From positions 32,001 to 96,000 of IMG/VR virus record IMGVR_UViG_3300022188_000226: DNA of 64,000 bases. One strand, 5' to 3'. Each line of letters opens with the position of its first letter. The stretch's first letter is position 1. This document shows, in pieces, positions 10,760 to 20,799 of this stretch. Below the pieces are notes generated by a model, which was given only the letters and a program-made list of their open reading frames with translations, made no database searches and had not been told where the DNA came from. The position numbers were made by a program, and so were the translations under genes. The stretch is from a virus.

Positions 10760-11532
10760 TGTCAAACGCGTGGTATGATATAGGTAGTTGGCAGTGGACG
10801 GATAATAACGATGATCAGTGGGGGTTTTCCACTGGTCTTGCAGCGGAAGGTCTAGTTCAAATATGGACAGACAATAAATACGTCTATGCAGCCACTTCTA
10901 GTGGTTTAGCAATAGTTGATATAGAATTAGAGCAGCAGATATCTTTTGCAACTAATCGAGAAGGTTACACTACAGTATGGACAGATGATGAGAAGATTTT
11001 AGTTGGGAGTTCTAGGGGTATAAAGGTTATGGACAAGGAAAATGTTGGACCAGAAGAAGTTTTTTTGTATTTACAGGATTACGCAAGAACACCCGATATT
11101 ACCAGTGAAGACGTTAGATACATACACGGCAATGAAAACAAATTGATTTGTTGTACTGCTGAAGGTGTTGATGTTTTTTGGAGAAACTCTACAGGTTATA
11201 GAGTATACACAGAATTGTCGGGGGCTAAGAAATGTTTTGCAACTCCTAATAATTATTTTTATTACACTGTATCAGGTACATCTGTTTCTGGTACACCACC
11301 ATGGTATATATGCAGATTAAATGATGTTACAAGTAATTGGAATGAGCCAGATGTAACATACACAACCGGTAGTGGGTTCTTGGTAGATGCTGCTTGTCTA
11401 AATGATTTTTATGTAACAGAACACACTTCTATTAGTGGTATGAACAATACATTGTTTGTAGCCACAGATGCTGGTGTTTATGTATATGATGAGGGTGCAG
11501 ACCGATACGCGGTCTACACTACTGTTTCTTAG
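10759..11532 (+). CDS. Putative beta-propeller-like virion protein
   Basis: Repeated 'VWTD...YAAT..G' strand patterns. Paralogous to part of 51028-53511. Confidence 0.5.
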   Translation: MSNAWYDIGSWQWTDNNDDQWGFSTGLAAEGLVQIWTDNKYVYAATSSGLAIVDIELEQQISFATNREGYTTVWTDDEKILVGSSRGIKVMDKENVGPEEVFLYLQDYARTPDITSEDVRYIHGNENKLICCTAEGVDVFWRNSTGYRVYTELSGAKKCFATPNNYFYYTVSGTSVSGTPPWYICRLNDVTSNWNEPDVTYTTGSGFLVDAACLNDFYVTEHTSISGMNNTLFVATDAGVYVYDEGADRYAVYTTVS

Positions 11533-11540
11533 GAGGTTAT

Positions 11541-13877
11541 ATGGCTTGGCTCTCAAATTTTAGTAACAGATTAAAATTAACAATACCTGCAGACGGTGTT
11601 GATAGTAGTCTTACAGATTTTCCAGTAATGATAAACCTTTCTTCTTCTTCAGGAAAAACTGGAGCTGATGTCACACCTGTTTTCGATGAATTAGGAGACG
11701 ATCATCAAAAAAGATTTGCTATTACAGAAAATGACGGTACAACTCAATGTTATATAGAAATAGAATATTGGGATGCTACGGAGGAGAGAGCTATTTTATG
11801 GACGAAAATTCCTACTATTTATTCTTCTGTTGATACAGATATTTATTTTTACTGGGATTCAGCTGCTAGTGGGAATACTGCTTACGTTGGAGATACCGGA
11901 GATACTCCAGCACAAAATGTTTGGGATGATAATTTTAAACTTGTAATGCATATGGCACAAGATCCTTCAGGAGGTTCAGGATGTATGAAAGATTCTACTA
12001 TTAATTCTAATCATGGGACTCCTGGTGGTGGCATGGTTTCTGCTGATTTGGTTGATGGTAAAGTTGGGAAAGCTATTGATTTCGACCCAACAGACGATTA
12101 TATCAATATTGGTGCACTTAATACACTTAATGGTCAGACAAGTGTCACTTGGGAAGCGGTTGCTAAAAATAATGCTGATTCTGCTGATCGAGTAATAGCT
12201 GGGAGATGGGCTGCTGATAGTCAATTTCAATTATGGATGGATTCAGGAAACAATAAATGGCAGGGTATAGTTAGAGATGGTGTAGGCGGTGAGTTGAAGC
12301 TGGAGCCTGGACTGGTTGGACCATCTGGTGTTTATCAATATATTGTAATGATTTTAAATGGCCAAAATTTAAATCTGTATGTTGATGTCGTTAATGGTGG
12401 CTCTATAAACAGCACAGCATTTACTACACTAAATTCTGGGTCAAGTGGAGATATTTATGTTGGTGCTGATCAAGACGATGAGCATCATTTTAATGATGCT
12501 ATAGATGAAGTCCGCATTTCCAATACAGCCCGCTCAGTTGACTGGATAAAAGCAACTTACTATAGTAATTGGGATGATTTCATAGTATTTCAACAAGAAG
12601 TAGAAACAAATTGGCTTTCTGACTGGGCAAAAAGAATAAAATTAACAATTGATAAAGATAAAATTGATAGTGTTTTGGTTGATTTTCCTATAAATATAAC
12701 GCTGTCTTCAGATACTGGAATAACAAACACCGATGTTACAGATGTTTTTACAACAATTAGTGGTAGTTCTAAAAAAATAGCCATAACAACAAGTGATGGT
12801 ATAACACAGTGTCCAGTTGAAATAGAAAGATGGGATGAAGGGGTAGAACAAGCAAATTTATGGACAAAAGTTCCAATAGTTGATTCCAATGAAAACACTG
12901 TTTTGTATTTGTATTATGACAGTTCAAAAAGTGATAATGATTCTTATGTGGGAGATACGGGGAGTACTCCAGCACAAAATGTTTGGGATGATAATTTCAA
13001 GCTTGTGATGCACATGTCCCAGGACCCAAATGGAGATGTTGCCGACGCAATAAAAGATTCTACTAGTGGTGTTAATCATGGAACTCCAGCTGGAGGTATG
13101 ACTTCAGTTGATATAGTTGATGGTAAAATTGGTAAGGCTATAGATTTTGACGGTAATGATGATTCCATAGCTACAACTGCGAGTGTTGCTTTTAACGGGG
13201 TGGCTACCATCGATATGTGTATAAAGTTAACTCAGCCAGCATCAATCAGAGGAATAAGCATGAGTTTAACTAATGTTTTTTATACACATAGTGCTAATGA
13301 TTTTATTTATTTTCATGGTACTAGCGATTATTTCAGAATATCAATAACAACAGTAGAGTGTCAGTTGTCCATAGTGTATGATGGTGATACAAGCACAAGT
13401 AGAGTGTGTTGTAATGGGGTGTTTTATGACATAACCCAACAACCAGGACCTACTCACGATATCAGTGCTTGGAGTGGTTATATAACTGGGCATATAAATA
13501 GTAATATTACTAATATGAGTGGTACAATAGATGAGGTTCGTCAGTCTGATATTGTAAGATCAGATGCATGGATAAAAGCAACTTATCACAGTAATTGGGA
13601 TGAACTAGTCAGTTTCGGTGCCGAACAAGAAATGCCAACACATTACTACTATGGATATATTACAGAGGGTGGTGCCCCTGTTAGTAGGACGGTTAGTTTA
13701 TATAATAGAAGTACTGGGGAACTAGTATCTAACACAATTTCCAATGTTAGTACGGGTTATTATTATTTGACCACACCAATGAGTGGGGAGCATTTTATAG
13801 TAGCTATAGATGATGATGCTGGAAAAGATTACAACGCATTGATACTTGATAAATTATTGCCGCGGGGAATAGAATAA
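11541..13877 (+). CDS. Tandem DUF2341 + LamG (ConA-like) virion protein
   Basis: Two units of 'R.KLTI...L.DFP...QC..EIE.WD...LWTK.P', each followed by LamG-like 'GKAIDFD...IDEVR.S...RS..WIKA.Y'. Confidence 0.8.
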   Translation: MAWLSNFSNRLKLTIPADGVDSSLTDFPVMINLSSSSGKTGADVTPVFDELGDDHQKRFAITENDGTTQCYIEIEYWDATEERAILWTKIPTIYSSVDTDIYFYWDSAASGNTAYVGDTGDTPAQNVWDDNFKLVMHMAQDPSGGSGCMKDSTINSNHGTPGGGMVSADLVDGKVGKAIDFDPTDDYINIGALNTLNGQTSVTWEAVAKNNADSADRVIAGRWAADSQFQLWMDSGNNKWQGIVRDGVGGELKLEPGLVGPSGVYQYIVMILNGQNLNLYVDVVNGGSINSTAFTTLNSGSSGDIYVGADQDDEHHFNDAIDEVRISNTARSVDWIKATYYSNWDDFIVFQQEVETNWLSDWAKRIKLTIDKDKIDSVLVDFPINITLSSDTGITNTDVTDVFTTISGSSKKIAITTSDGITQCPVEIERWDEGVEQANLWTKVPIVDSNENTVLYLYYDSSKSDNDSYVGDTGSTPAQNVWDDNFKLVMHMSQDPNGDVADAIKDSTSGVNHGTPAGGMTSVDIVDGKIGKAIDFDGNDDSIATTASVAFNGVATIDMCIKLTQPASIRGISMSLTNVFYTHSANDFIYFHGTSDYFRISITTVECQLSIVYDGDTSTSRVCCNGVFYDITQQPGPTHDISAWSGYITGHINSNITNMSGTIDEVRQSDIVRSDAWIKATYHSNWDELVSFGAEQEMPTHYYYGYITEGGAPVSRTVSLYNRSTGELVSNTISNVSTGYYYLTTPMSGEHFIVAIDDDAGKDYNALILDKLLPRGIE

Positions 13878-14197
13878 TGCCAAATAATTTTAATTTTACT
13901 GAGACAGGATACGATCCTTCCAATTATAATTTCAATTTTGGGTACACTGTACCTACTTTAAGGATTTTGGCTGGTGCAAGTAAGAATTTTTCTTCCATAT
14001 GGGCAGACCCAACAGCTAATATTGAAACAGCGAGAATGTATATAGGGTCAAGAGGACCAGGAGCAGCCTTTTCTGTAGTGGCTTTGGCAAACGGAGTGCT
14101 AGTGGATAGTTATACAATAGATAAGGAAGGAGAACATGGAGAACTTTTAGATAGTGAAGATATAGTAGACATTAATGTAAGCATAGCAGGACTATAA
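13877..14197 (+). CDS. Small virion-associated hypothetical protein
   Basis: Coupled by TAATG overlaps on both sides. Segments resemble the C-terminus of 745-2859 and the N-terminus of 14197-18381. Confidence 0.55.
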   Translation: MPNNFNFTETGYDPSNYNFNFGYTVPTLRILAGASKNFSSIWADPTANIETARMYIGSRGPGAAFSVVALANGVLVDSYTIDKEGEHGELLDSEDIVDINVSIAGL

Positions 14198-17100
14198 TGA
14201 GTAATGAGTACTTACCACCAATAGGAACAAGACTACCTTTTAATTTTTCTAAAAGTGGATATTCATCTCCTAGTAGTACTTCTACACACTTTAATTTTAC
14301 TCCACAAGGTAATTTTGGTGTTTTAAAGGCTGCAGTTAATGTATTACAACCGTACTGGTATGAAACTTATACTTATTCTAAAGAATGTCCTAAATATGTA
14401 ATAGGGTATGGCCCTGGTGGTATACAAATTATCAAGGGGCGTTGTATATTTGGTGGTATCAGGGATCTTCAAGGTATAATTATAGGTCAACCTAAGGGCT
14501 ATACAGAAGGGAGTTTACCTGCTTACATAAACAGTGTAATAGCTTCCGGTGTAGGTAATTTGTCTTCTCGTTGTCTGGCTGTAAAACCACAAGATTTGAC
14601 AGCTTATATAGATAAACACGGTCCTGAAGATTTGGGTGGTGAGATTATTCCAGAAAAGTGGAAGGATACTGGTAGTTTACCTGTGTTTGTAGGAGCTCAT
14701 GCTCCTAGAGATATCGCAGCGTGGATAGATGTACATTGTCCAGGCGATCTTGGCGGTGTTTTAGAAGGTATAAAACGTAAAAGTAGTGGTAATTTGGGAA
14801 TGACTTTGGGTGGTACACATACCCCTGTTAGTTTGAGAATGACACTAGAGGATACCCATTTTCCAGAAAATGTACGTGCGTCAATTAAAGCGTGGCAGAA
14901 AGATTTTGTTACTCTTAGTGCTTTTTTAGATGGTTTTAAAAATCGTAGTAGTCAGTTGTTTCCTGCTATGGTTGGGATACATGATCCGATTAATCTTAGT
15001 TCATCAATACGTATGTGGGGTGGTGGTTCTACAGACTTACTTGGGTCATTGAAGTCGTGGGTATCGAGTGACTTGGGAGCACAAATAGATGAGCATCAAT
15101 GGGTAGGGCTTAAAGCTAAGATTGGTGGTTCTGGTAAGGGTAGAGAGGATTTTCCTGCCATACTTATTGTGGATAAGTACAAGGGGTTTAAAGTTCTAAG
15201 TGGTTATATAGATACGCATTGCCCAACAGACCTTAGTTTAAGTATTACAGGGGTTAAGTCGTCTTCTAAAGATTTGGGCGGTTTAATGCATAGTTGGCAC
15301 GAAAGGTGTTTTGGTGGTTTAATCGATACACACGGACCAAGGAATCTTGGTTCAGTTATTCGTGGTTGGTTTTCAGATGTAAATAATTTGGGAGCTGCTA
15401 TTAAAGTGTGGCGTTCTGGTACTAAAGACCTTGGTAGTTATATAGATATGCATTTACCAGTGGATTTAGGTTCAGACGTTGGTATGCATGCTCCATCTAA
15501 CCTTTTTGCGTCTGCAGATAGTCATAAGTATGAAGAGTTGTGGATTATATTACGTACATGGCATCGCGGTATTCAAGTTGACTTACATTCGTACATTAGA
15601 GGTTGGCAAGACGGAAACATTTCTGCTACATTAGGTGCTCATAATCCTAGAGATCTTAGGGTGTACATGAGAGCTTGGCAACGTGAAGTTTTTTTAGATT
15701 TTCCTGCCAATATTTATGGTTGGCAACAAGGTCAAGATATTAGAGCAGAAATTGATGCTCATTCTCCAAGGGATATCAAATTTATAATTAGAGGTTGGAA
15801 GCGTGAAGCTCAGAAAGATCTTTCTGCCGCATTTTGGGGTTGGGAACAAAGAGGTTTGTCTGCTTATTTATTTCCACACCCATACCACGATTTACTAGCA
15901 GTAATTAGACCATGGTACCGTGGTTTAAGTGGTGCTCTTGCCGCTCAGTTAAGGGTATGGCAGGATGGTAATCTGTCTGCCATCTCTGCTGGTCACGTGT
16001 GGGGAGTGTTGACAGCAAAAGTATTACCTCACCCACCACCACCATTACCAGCAACTATTCGTGGATGGCAACGAGATTTACAACAAAATTTACTAGCAAA
16101 TACTTATGGTTGGGGTAAGGGGGATATTAGTGGTACTGTAGGGGCTCACCAGTGGAATATGTTGACTGTTATAATGAAAGGAGTATTCCTTGGTGCAGAG
16201 AGGGATATTACTGGTAGTATGTATGGCTGGGATCGTGGAAACCTTGGCGTTATAATTGATAAGCATAGTCCTAGAGACTTGGGTATATTATTAAAAGGCG
16301 TGGTTTTAGGAGTAACTACAGACCTTTCTGCTAATTTCTGGGGTTGGGAAGAGAGGTGTTTGGGTGTAACCACAAAAGGCGGGCATTTACCTAGAAATCT
16401 TATTGCACACGTACGTATATGTCAAAGGGATTACCTAGATTTGTCTTCTAATATGCATGGTTGGGCTGAGATTGATCTTGGGGCTATTGCAAGTGGACAT
16501 TTACCAGGAGAAATACCTGCTACGATCAGGTCTTGGTATAGGGGAAACACCAAGGATTTGGTTGGGCTAATTTACGGTTGGCAAGATGGAGATTTGGGGG
16601 GTATTATAGGCGGGCATTCACCTGAAAATTTAAGGGGTATCATTAAGGTTTCTGAGAGAACGTTCCGGTTATTTCCAGCTAGTATCTGGGGTTGGAAAAC
16701 TAAAGATCTTAGTATGACTTTAGGAGGTACACATGCCCCTGTCGATTTACAGGCTTACGTAGATGTAGCACAGCGTAAAACTAGATTACTTAATGCCCTT
16801 ATACGTGGTTGGCAGCGGTTAGACTTGTCGGCTTTTATTAATGTTGTACATCTATATGATTTATCAGCAGTGTTGCAATCTATACCACCAAAAAATTTGC
16901 CGGCGTATTTAAAAGTACGGCCACAAAGCACACTTTCAGCCAATACTTACGGTTGGGGAATGCTTAATTTAGGTGCAGTAATCATTAGAATTTATGATGT
17001 AGCTCTACCTGCTAAAATTCATGGCAGAGATGATATGTTTAGTAATCTTCAGGCAAAATTGAGAGGTGTAGGTACTTCTGTAGTAAGAAACCTCACTTCT

Positions 17101-18381
17101 TTTGTAAGAAACATGCATTATCGTACTTTATCAGCTTGTTTAAGAGCTACATACCTTGCTAGTATACAGGCTTATTTACGTGCAATACAGCCTAGAGACC
17201 TTAACGCTAAAATACATGCTTGGCATACTAGAGATTTACAGGGTATATTAAATGGTTGTGATTACCCATGGAATCTAACTGCAGCGATTTGCCCTACAGG
17301 TGGGTGGGATTTACTGACAGCTAATATTTTTCCTAAAACAGCTATTGCTATTTACACTAATCTTAAAGCCAGTGTACACCCATGGGAAATTCGACATTTA
17401 ATGTCAAGTATTACAGGAGCAAATGCTCCATTCCTTAGAGCTATAATAACCCCTTTGGGTTATTCAAGTGCTTTACACGCAAGTATTAGACCTAAGATGA
17501 TTAGGTTGACTACTGTCATAGATATACCTACTATGAATCATAAGGATTTATCTGCTATTATTAACTATCCTTGTTTTAAAACTGGTTGGAGTGACCTTGG
17601 TACTTATATTTGTCCAATATTTAAGAGTGATTTGTATGCTTACATTAAAGCTATTAGGTATAATTATAAGCCTGCCTTGCTTGGAGCCAAAACTGGGTAT
17701 ACAGACTCAATTTCAGAGGTTGACAAATTGAAATTATGTATTACCATATACCCAAACGAAGTTATTTCTGAAGATAAACTTAAGGTATATTTTACTATAT
17801 TTAGTGCTGGTAATTTATTAAGTGCATATATAAAAAGTATTATGATGCACAAACAACTCACAGCCACTATTGTTGCTGAAGGTATAGATCATTTTGTATA
17901 TCCAACACTTGTTAAGAATAGAGAAGTTGTTATACATAAAACATACGAAGGTGTTTTTAAACAGTTTGAATATGTAGAATTTGCTTTTAAGTCAATAGTT
18001 GAGGATTATTACTACAGCTCGGACGGAAATTATGTTTGGAAGAAAGATAGAGTTGATAGGTGGGTGTTGGATGTTAAATCATATCTCCCAACCGATACAT
18101 CTTTAAGATTGAAGAGAAGATTACATAAAGCTACTACACTTTATGACTTTAGAAAATTTCCATCGGTTGATGCTGCAATGAAGTATGCTATAGCTTATGT
18201 AACTGAGCATCCTTATGGTAATTTAGGGGCCACAATATATAACAAAAGCAGGTATGAGGGTTTAACTAGTACTATTAATCCAAAATATGTACATAGCACT
18301 TTGACAGGTTTAGGTGCAAATATTATTCCAGAAGATTTTACAATAATTCTTAGTGCAGGGGATGGAATTTTAAAAATTTAA
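14197..18381 (+). CDS. Large His-Pro/Gly-Trp repeat protein, probably structural
   Basis: About 1000 aa of degenerate 'H.P.(D/N)L.A.I.GW...DL' repeats. Confidence 0.6.
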   Translation: MSNEYLPPIGTRLPFNFSKSGYSSPSSTSTHFNFTPQGNFGVLKAAVNVLQPYWYETYTYSKECPKYVIGYGPGGIQIIKGRCIFGGIRDLQGIIIGQPKGYTEGSLPAYINSVIASGVGNLSSRCLAVKPQDLTAYIDKHGPEDLGGEIIPEKWKDTGSLPVFVGAHAPRDIAAWIDVHCPGDLGGVLEGIKRKSSGNLGMTLGGTHTPVSLRMTLEDTHFPENVRASIKAWQKDFVTLSAFLDGFKNRSSQLFPAMVGIHDPINLSSSIRMWGGGSTDLLGSLKSWVSSDLGAQIDEHQWVGLKAKIGGSGKGREDFPAILIVDKYKGFKVLSGYIDTHCPTDLSLSITGVKSSSKDLGGLMHSWHERCFGGLIDTHGPRNLGSVIRGWFSDVNNLGAAIKVWRSGTKDLGSYIDMHLPVDLGSDVGMHAPSNLFASADSHKYEELWIILRTWHRGIQVDLHSYIRGWQDGNISATLGAHNPRDLRVYMRAWQREVFLDFPANIYGWQQGQDIRAEIDAHSPRDIKFIIRGWKREAQKDLSAAFWGWEQRGLSAYLFPHPYHDLLAVIRPWYRGLSGALAAQLRVWQDGNLSAISAGHVWGVLTAKVLPHPPPPLPATIRGWQRDLQQNLLANTYGWGKGDISGTVGAHQWNMLTVIMKGVFLGAERDITGSMYGWDRGNLGVIIDKHSPRDLGILLKGVVLGVTTDLSANFWGWEERCLGVTTKGGHLPRNLIAHVRICQRDYLDLSSNMHGWAEIDLGAIASGHLPGEIPATIRSWYRGNTKDLVGLIYGWQDGDLGGIIGGHSPENLRGIIKVSERTFRLFPASIWGWKTKDLSMTLGGTHAPVDLQAYVDVAQRKTRLLNALIRGWQRLDLSAFINVVHLYDLSAVLQSIPPKNLPAYLKVRPQSTLSANTYGWGMLNLGAVIIRIYDVALPAKIHGRDDMFSNLQAKLRGVGTSVVRNLTSFVRNMHYRTLSACLRATYLASIQAYLRAIQPRDLNAKIHAWHTRDLQGILNGCDYPWNLTAAICPTGGWDLLTANIFPKTAIAIYTNLKASVHPWEIRHLMSSITGANAPFLRAIITPLGYSSALHASIRPKMIRLTTVIDIPTMNHKDLSAIINYPCFKTGWSDLGTYICPIFKSDLYAYIKAIRYNYKPALLGAKTGYTDSISEVDKLKLCITIYPNEVISEDKLKVYFTIFSAGNLLSAYIKSIMMHKQLTATIVAEGIDHFVYPTLVKNREVVIHKTYEGVFKQFEYVEFAFKSIVEDYYYSSDGNYVWKKDRVDRWVLDVKSYLPTDTSLRLKRRLHKATTLYDFRKFPSVDAAMKYAIAYVTEHPYGNLGATIYNKSRYEGLTSTINPKYVHSTLTGLGANIIPEDFTIILSAGDGILKI

Positions 18382-18390
18382 AAAAAAATA

Positions 18391-18421
18391 CTTGACAAAT
18401 AGAAATGATGTATTATATTAT
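18391..18421 (+). promoter_or_regulatory. Sigma70-type promoter for the tnpB/replication operon
   Basis: cTTGACAa...tgTATTATATTAT; the same motif occurs at 27237, 28631 and 53507. Confidence 0.7.
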
Positions 18422-18552
18422 TATACAGGAAAAGGTACCTGCAAATAAACTGGTCATTGTAGGGTAGATAGACATTTATATACGGAAGAGGTAAGTTAAT
18501 AACTCACGATTAGTGTTTATAGTTGAGTATTAACAAATTATATTTAATATTT

Positions 18553-19656
18553 ATGATTATAAGAGAACTAAAATTACGATTAACAACCAAGCAGAAAAGA
18601 TTACTTAATCAGTGGCTATTCAATTTGACTGGGGTGTATAACTGGGCGATTAGAAAAATTGAATTAAACGCCCAAAATGGGGTTTATTTTAGTAAATTTG
18701 ATTTTGCTAACAGTTTACCGAAGCATAGCAGAACACTTGAAGTTCCATCCCATACTGTCCAGGGTATTTTGAATCAAGCTTATACAACGTGGCAACGGTG
18801 TTTCAAAAAGATTTCTAAACAGCCTAAATTAAAATCTGTTAGGAATAAATTGAATTCGATTCCGTTTCCAGATCCAATTCCTTCAAATAGATTAAAAGAT
18901 AGACTTATTAGAATTCCAAGATTAGGCTGGGTGAAATTTTATAAACAAAAGCTTCCTGATGGTATAATTAAGAATGCCAGGATTATCAAAAGAGCTTCTG
19001 GCTGGTACCTTCAGTTAACCATAGATACAAATTATAAGTTTCCAGTGAAGAAAACTAGTGCCAAGGTTGGAATTGATACTGGTTTCAAATATCTAGCAGT
19101 TCTTTCTGACGGTATAAAAATCAGTAACAAACGGCACCTCGTTAAAGGTCAGAAACGTTTAGCTCAAGCTCAGCGTGGTAAACGAAAGAAACTAACTGCC
19201 CGTTTACACGAACGAATTAAATTTAGACGAAGAGACCATAATCATAAGGTTTCTAGATATATTGTGGAAGATTATTCGGAGATTTACATTACAAATGATA
19301 ACTTAAAAGGACAGTCTAAAATCTTCGGAAAGTCTATTTCAGACGCAGGTATTTCCCAATTAAGGCAATTCATTATCTACAAGAGTGACATTCACAGTAG
19401 GAAATGTTCCTTAGTTGATTCAAAATACACCACCATGACTTGCTCGATTTGCGGAGCCAAAACTGGCCCCTCAGGATTGAGCAAGCTTGTTGTAAGGAAC
19501 TGGGAATGCAGTGCTTGTGGGGCACAGCTCGATCGCGATCTTAACGCGGCTAAAGTAATTCTCTATTCCGGGCTGGGATACAGCCTCGATAACGTTAAAA
19601 CTCACGCCTGTAAAGGGCCGGAGAACTTTAAACTGGAATCATCGGGAGGTGTTTGA
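18553..19656 (+). CDS. tnpB: TnpB-family RNA-guided nuclease (TnpB-1) with non-canonical RuvC-II
   Basis: 'KLRLTTKQ', RuvC-I VGIDTG, zinc finger CSICG/CSACG, RuvC-III DRDLNAA. ATG at 18553 preferred over TTG at 18523. No adjacent tnpA. Confidence 0.9.
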   Translation: MIIRELKLRLTTKQKRLLNQWLFNLTGVYNWAIRKIELNAQNGVYFSKFDFANSLPKHSRTLEVPSHTVQGILNQAYTTWQRCFKKISKQPKLKSVRNKLNSIPFPDPIPSNRLKDRLIRIPRLGWVKFYKQKLPDGIIKNARIIKRASGWYLQLTIDTNYKFPVKKTSAKVGIDTGFKYLAVLSDGIKISNKRHLVKGQKRLAQAQRGKRKKLTARLHERIKFRRRDHNHKVSRYIVEDYSEIYITNDNLKGQSKIFGKSISDAGISQLRQFIIYKSDIHSRKCSLVDSKYTTMTCSICGAKTGPSGLSKLVVRNWECSACGAQLDRDLNAAKVILYSGLGYSLDNVKTHACKGPENFKLESSGGV

Positions 19657-20798
19657 TGGGTATCAATTTTACTATAAGTACTGACTCGCTTCAGCGAGCT
19701 ATTAAAGTTTTAAGCGTTGTTGTAAGAGCCAACGCTGTAGATGCAACTGGACGTATTTTGATTGAAGCGACTGAGAATAAAGTCGATTTAATTGCAAACA
19801 ATGGTATTACTGCAATAATTTTTAGTGCTGATAAGGTTAAGGTAACTGAACCAGGCACAACTTCTATAGCATTCAGCAAAATTAGATCTTTTGCCATGTC
19901 TTTTAAACAGTGGGACGGAGAGACTGGAGCAAGAGAATTCGGATTTACATCTGATGAGCGTATAATTAAGGTTTCAGTTAGCAACATTTATGAGAATGGT
20001 AAATCCTCAAAAGGCAATCTAAAACTCCCAGTGTTTAATCCTGCACTTGTTTCAAAACCATCAGCTTTTGGAAAACCTGAATTTGTTATGAATTCTTCTA
20101 TATTCAGGGCTGCCACAAGTAAAGTTTTGTATGCTATTAATCCGCAAGTAGATGTAAATTACATAGCTTTACAAGGTATGAATATGAATTTTGATGAAGA
20201 TCATATTTATTTTGTTGGTTGTGATGGTGTGGCTTTGTCTGAGTATCAAGTAAATAATGTAACGGATAAAATTGATGGGTCAGTTAATCTTCAATATGAT
20301 TTCTTTATGGGGCTTAGACGCTTATTAAATGAGAACATGCAGTCGTTTTGGGAAATTACCGGTAACAGAGTAGCTGTTAAATTTGACGATATTGTTTTTA
20401 TCGGTCGTACTATTATAGGGCATGAATATCCTGAATATAGAGCATCGTTGGATAATTATACAGATTATTTGAACTTAAGTAAGGAATTTCTTATGACAAC
20501 ATTGGCTCCATTCATGGATGTTCTTGAGCCTGAAGATCATTTTAGGTTGACTATGGAAATTAAAGATAAAACTTTGAAGTTCTTTAATGATTTTGCAAAT
20601 ATAGAAACAGAGCAGAATATTCAGGGTGGTTTAGACTTCTCAATTGATATAAATGGTAAGCTTTTGATTCAATCAGTAGATGCTATTAGGGATGATAATG
20701 TGTTATTTAAATTTTCAGACGGAGAGAAACCAATCATATTTGATTCCAGTACGTTTAACGATCAGAAATCTCTTATACAGCCACTTATTAAGAGGTAA
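19653..20798 (+). CDS. dnaN: DNA polymerase sliding clamp (beta subunit)
   Basis: 381 aa with 'LQGMNM...FVGCDGVAL', 'IGHEYPEY' and 'INGKLLIQSV', matching the beta-clamp pattern. Confidence 0.85.
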   Translation: MMGINFTISTDSLQRAIKVLSVVVRANAVDATGRILIEATENKVDLIANNGITAIIFSADKVKVTEPGTTSIAFSKIRSFAMSFKQWDGETGAREFGFTSDERIIKVSVSNIYENGKSSKGNLKLPVFNPALVSKPSAFGKPEFVMNSSIFRAATSKVLYAINPQVDVNYIALQGMNMNFDEDHIYFVGCDGVALSEYQVNNVTDKIDGSVNLQYDFFMGLRRLLNENMQSFWEITGNRVAVKFDDIVFIGRTIIGHEYPEYRASLDNYTDYLNLSKEFLMTTLAPFMDVLEPEDHFRLTMEIKDKTLKFFNDFANIETEQNIQGGLDFSIDINGKLLIQSVDAIRDDNVLFKFSDGEKPIIFDSSTFNDQKSLIQPLIKR

Positions 20799-20799
20799 T

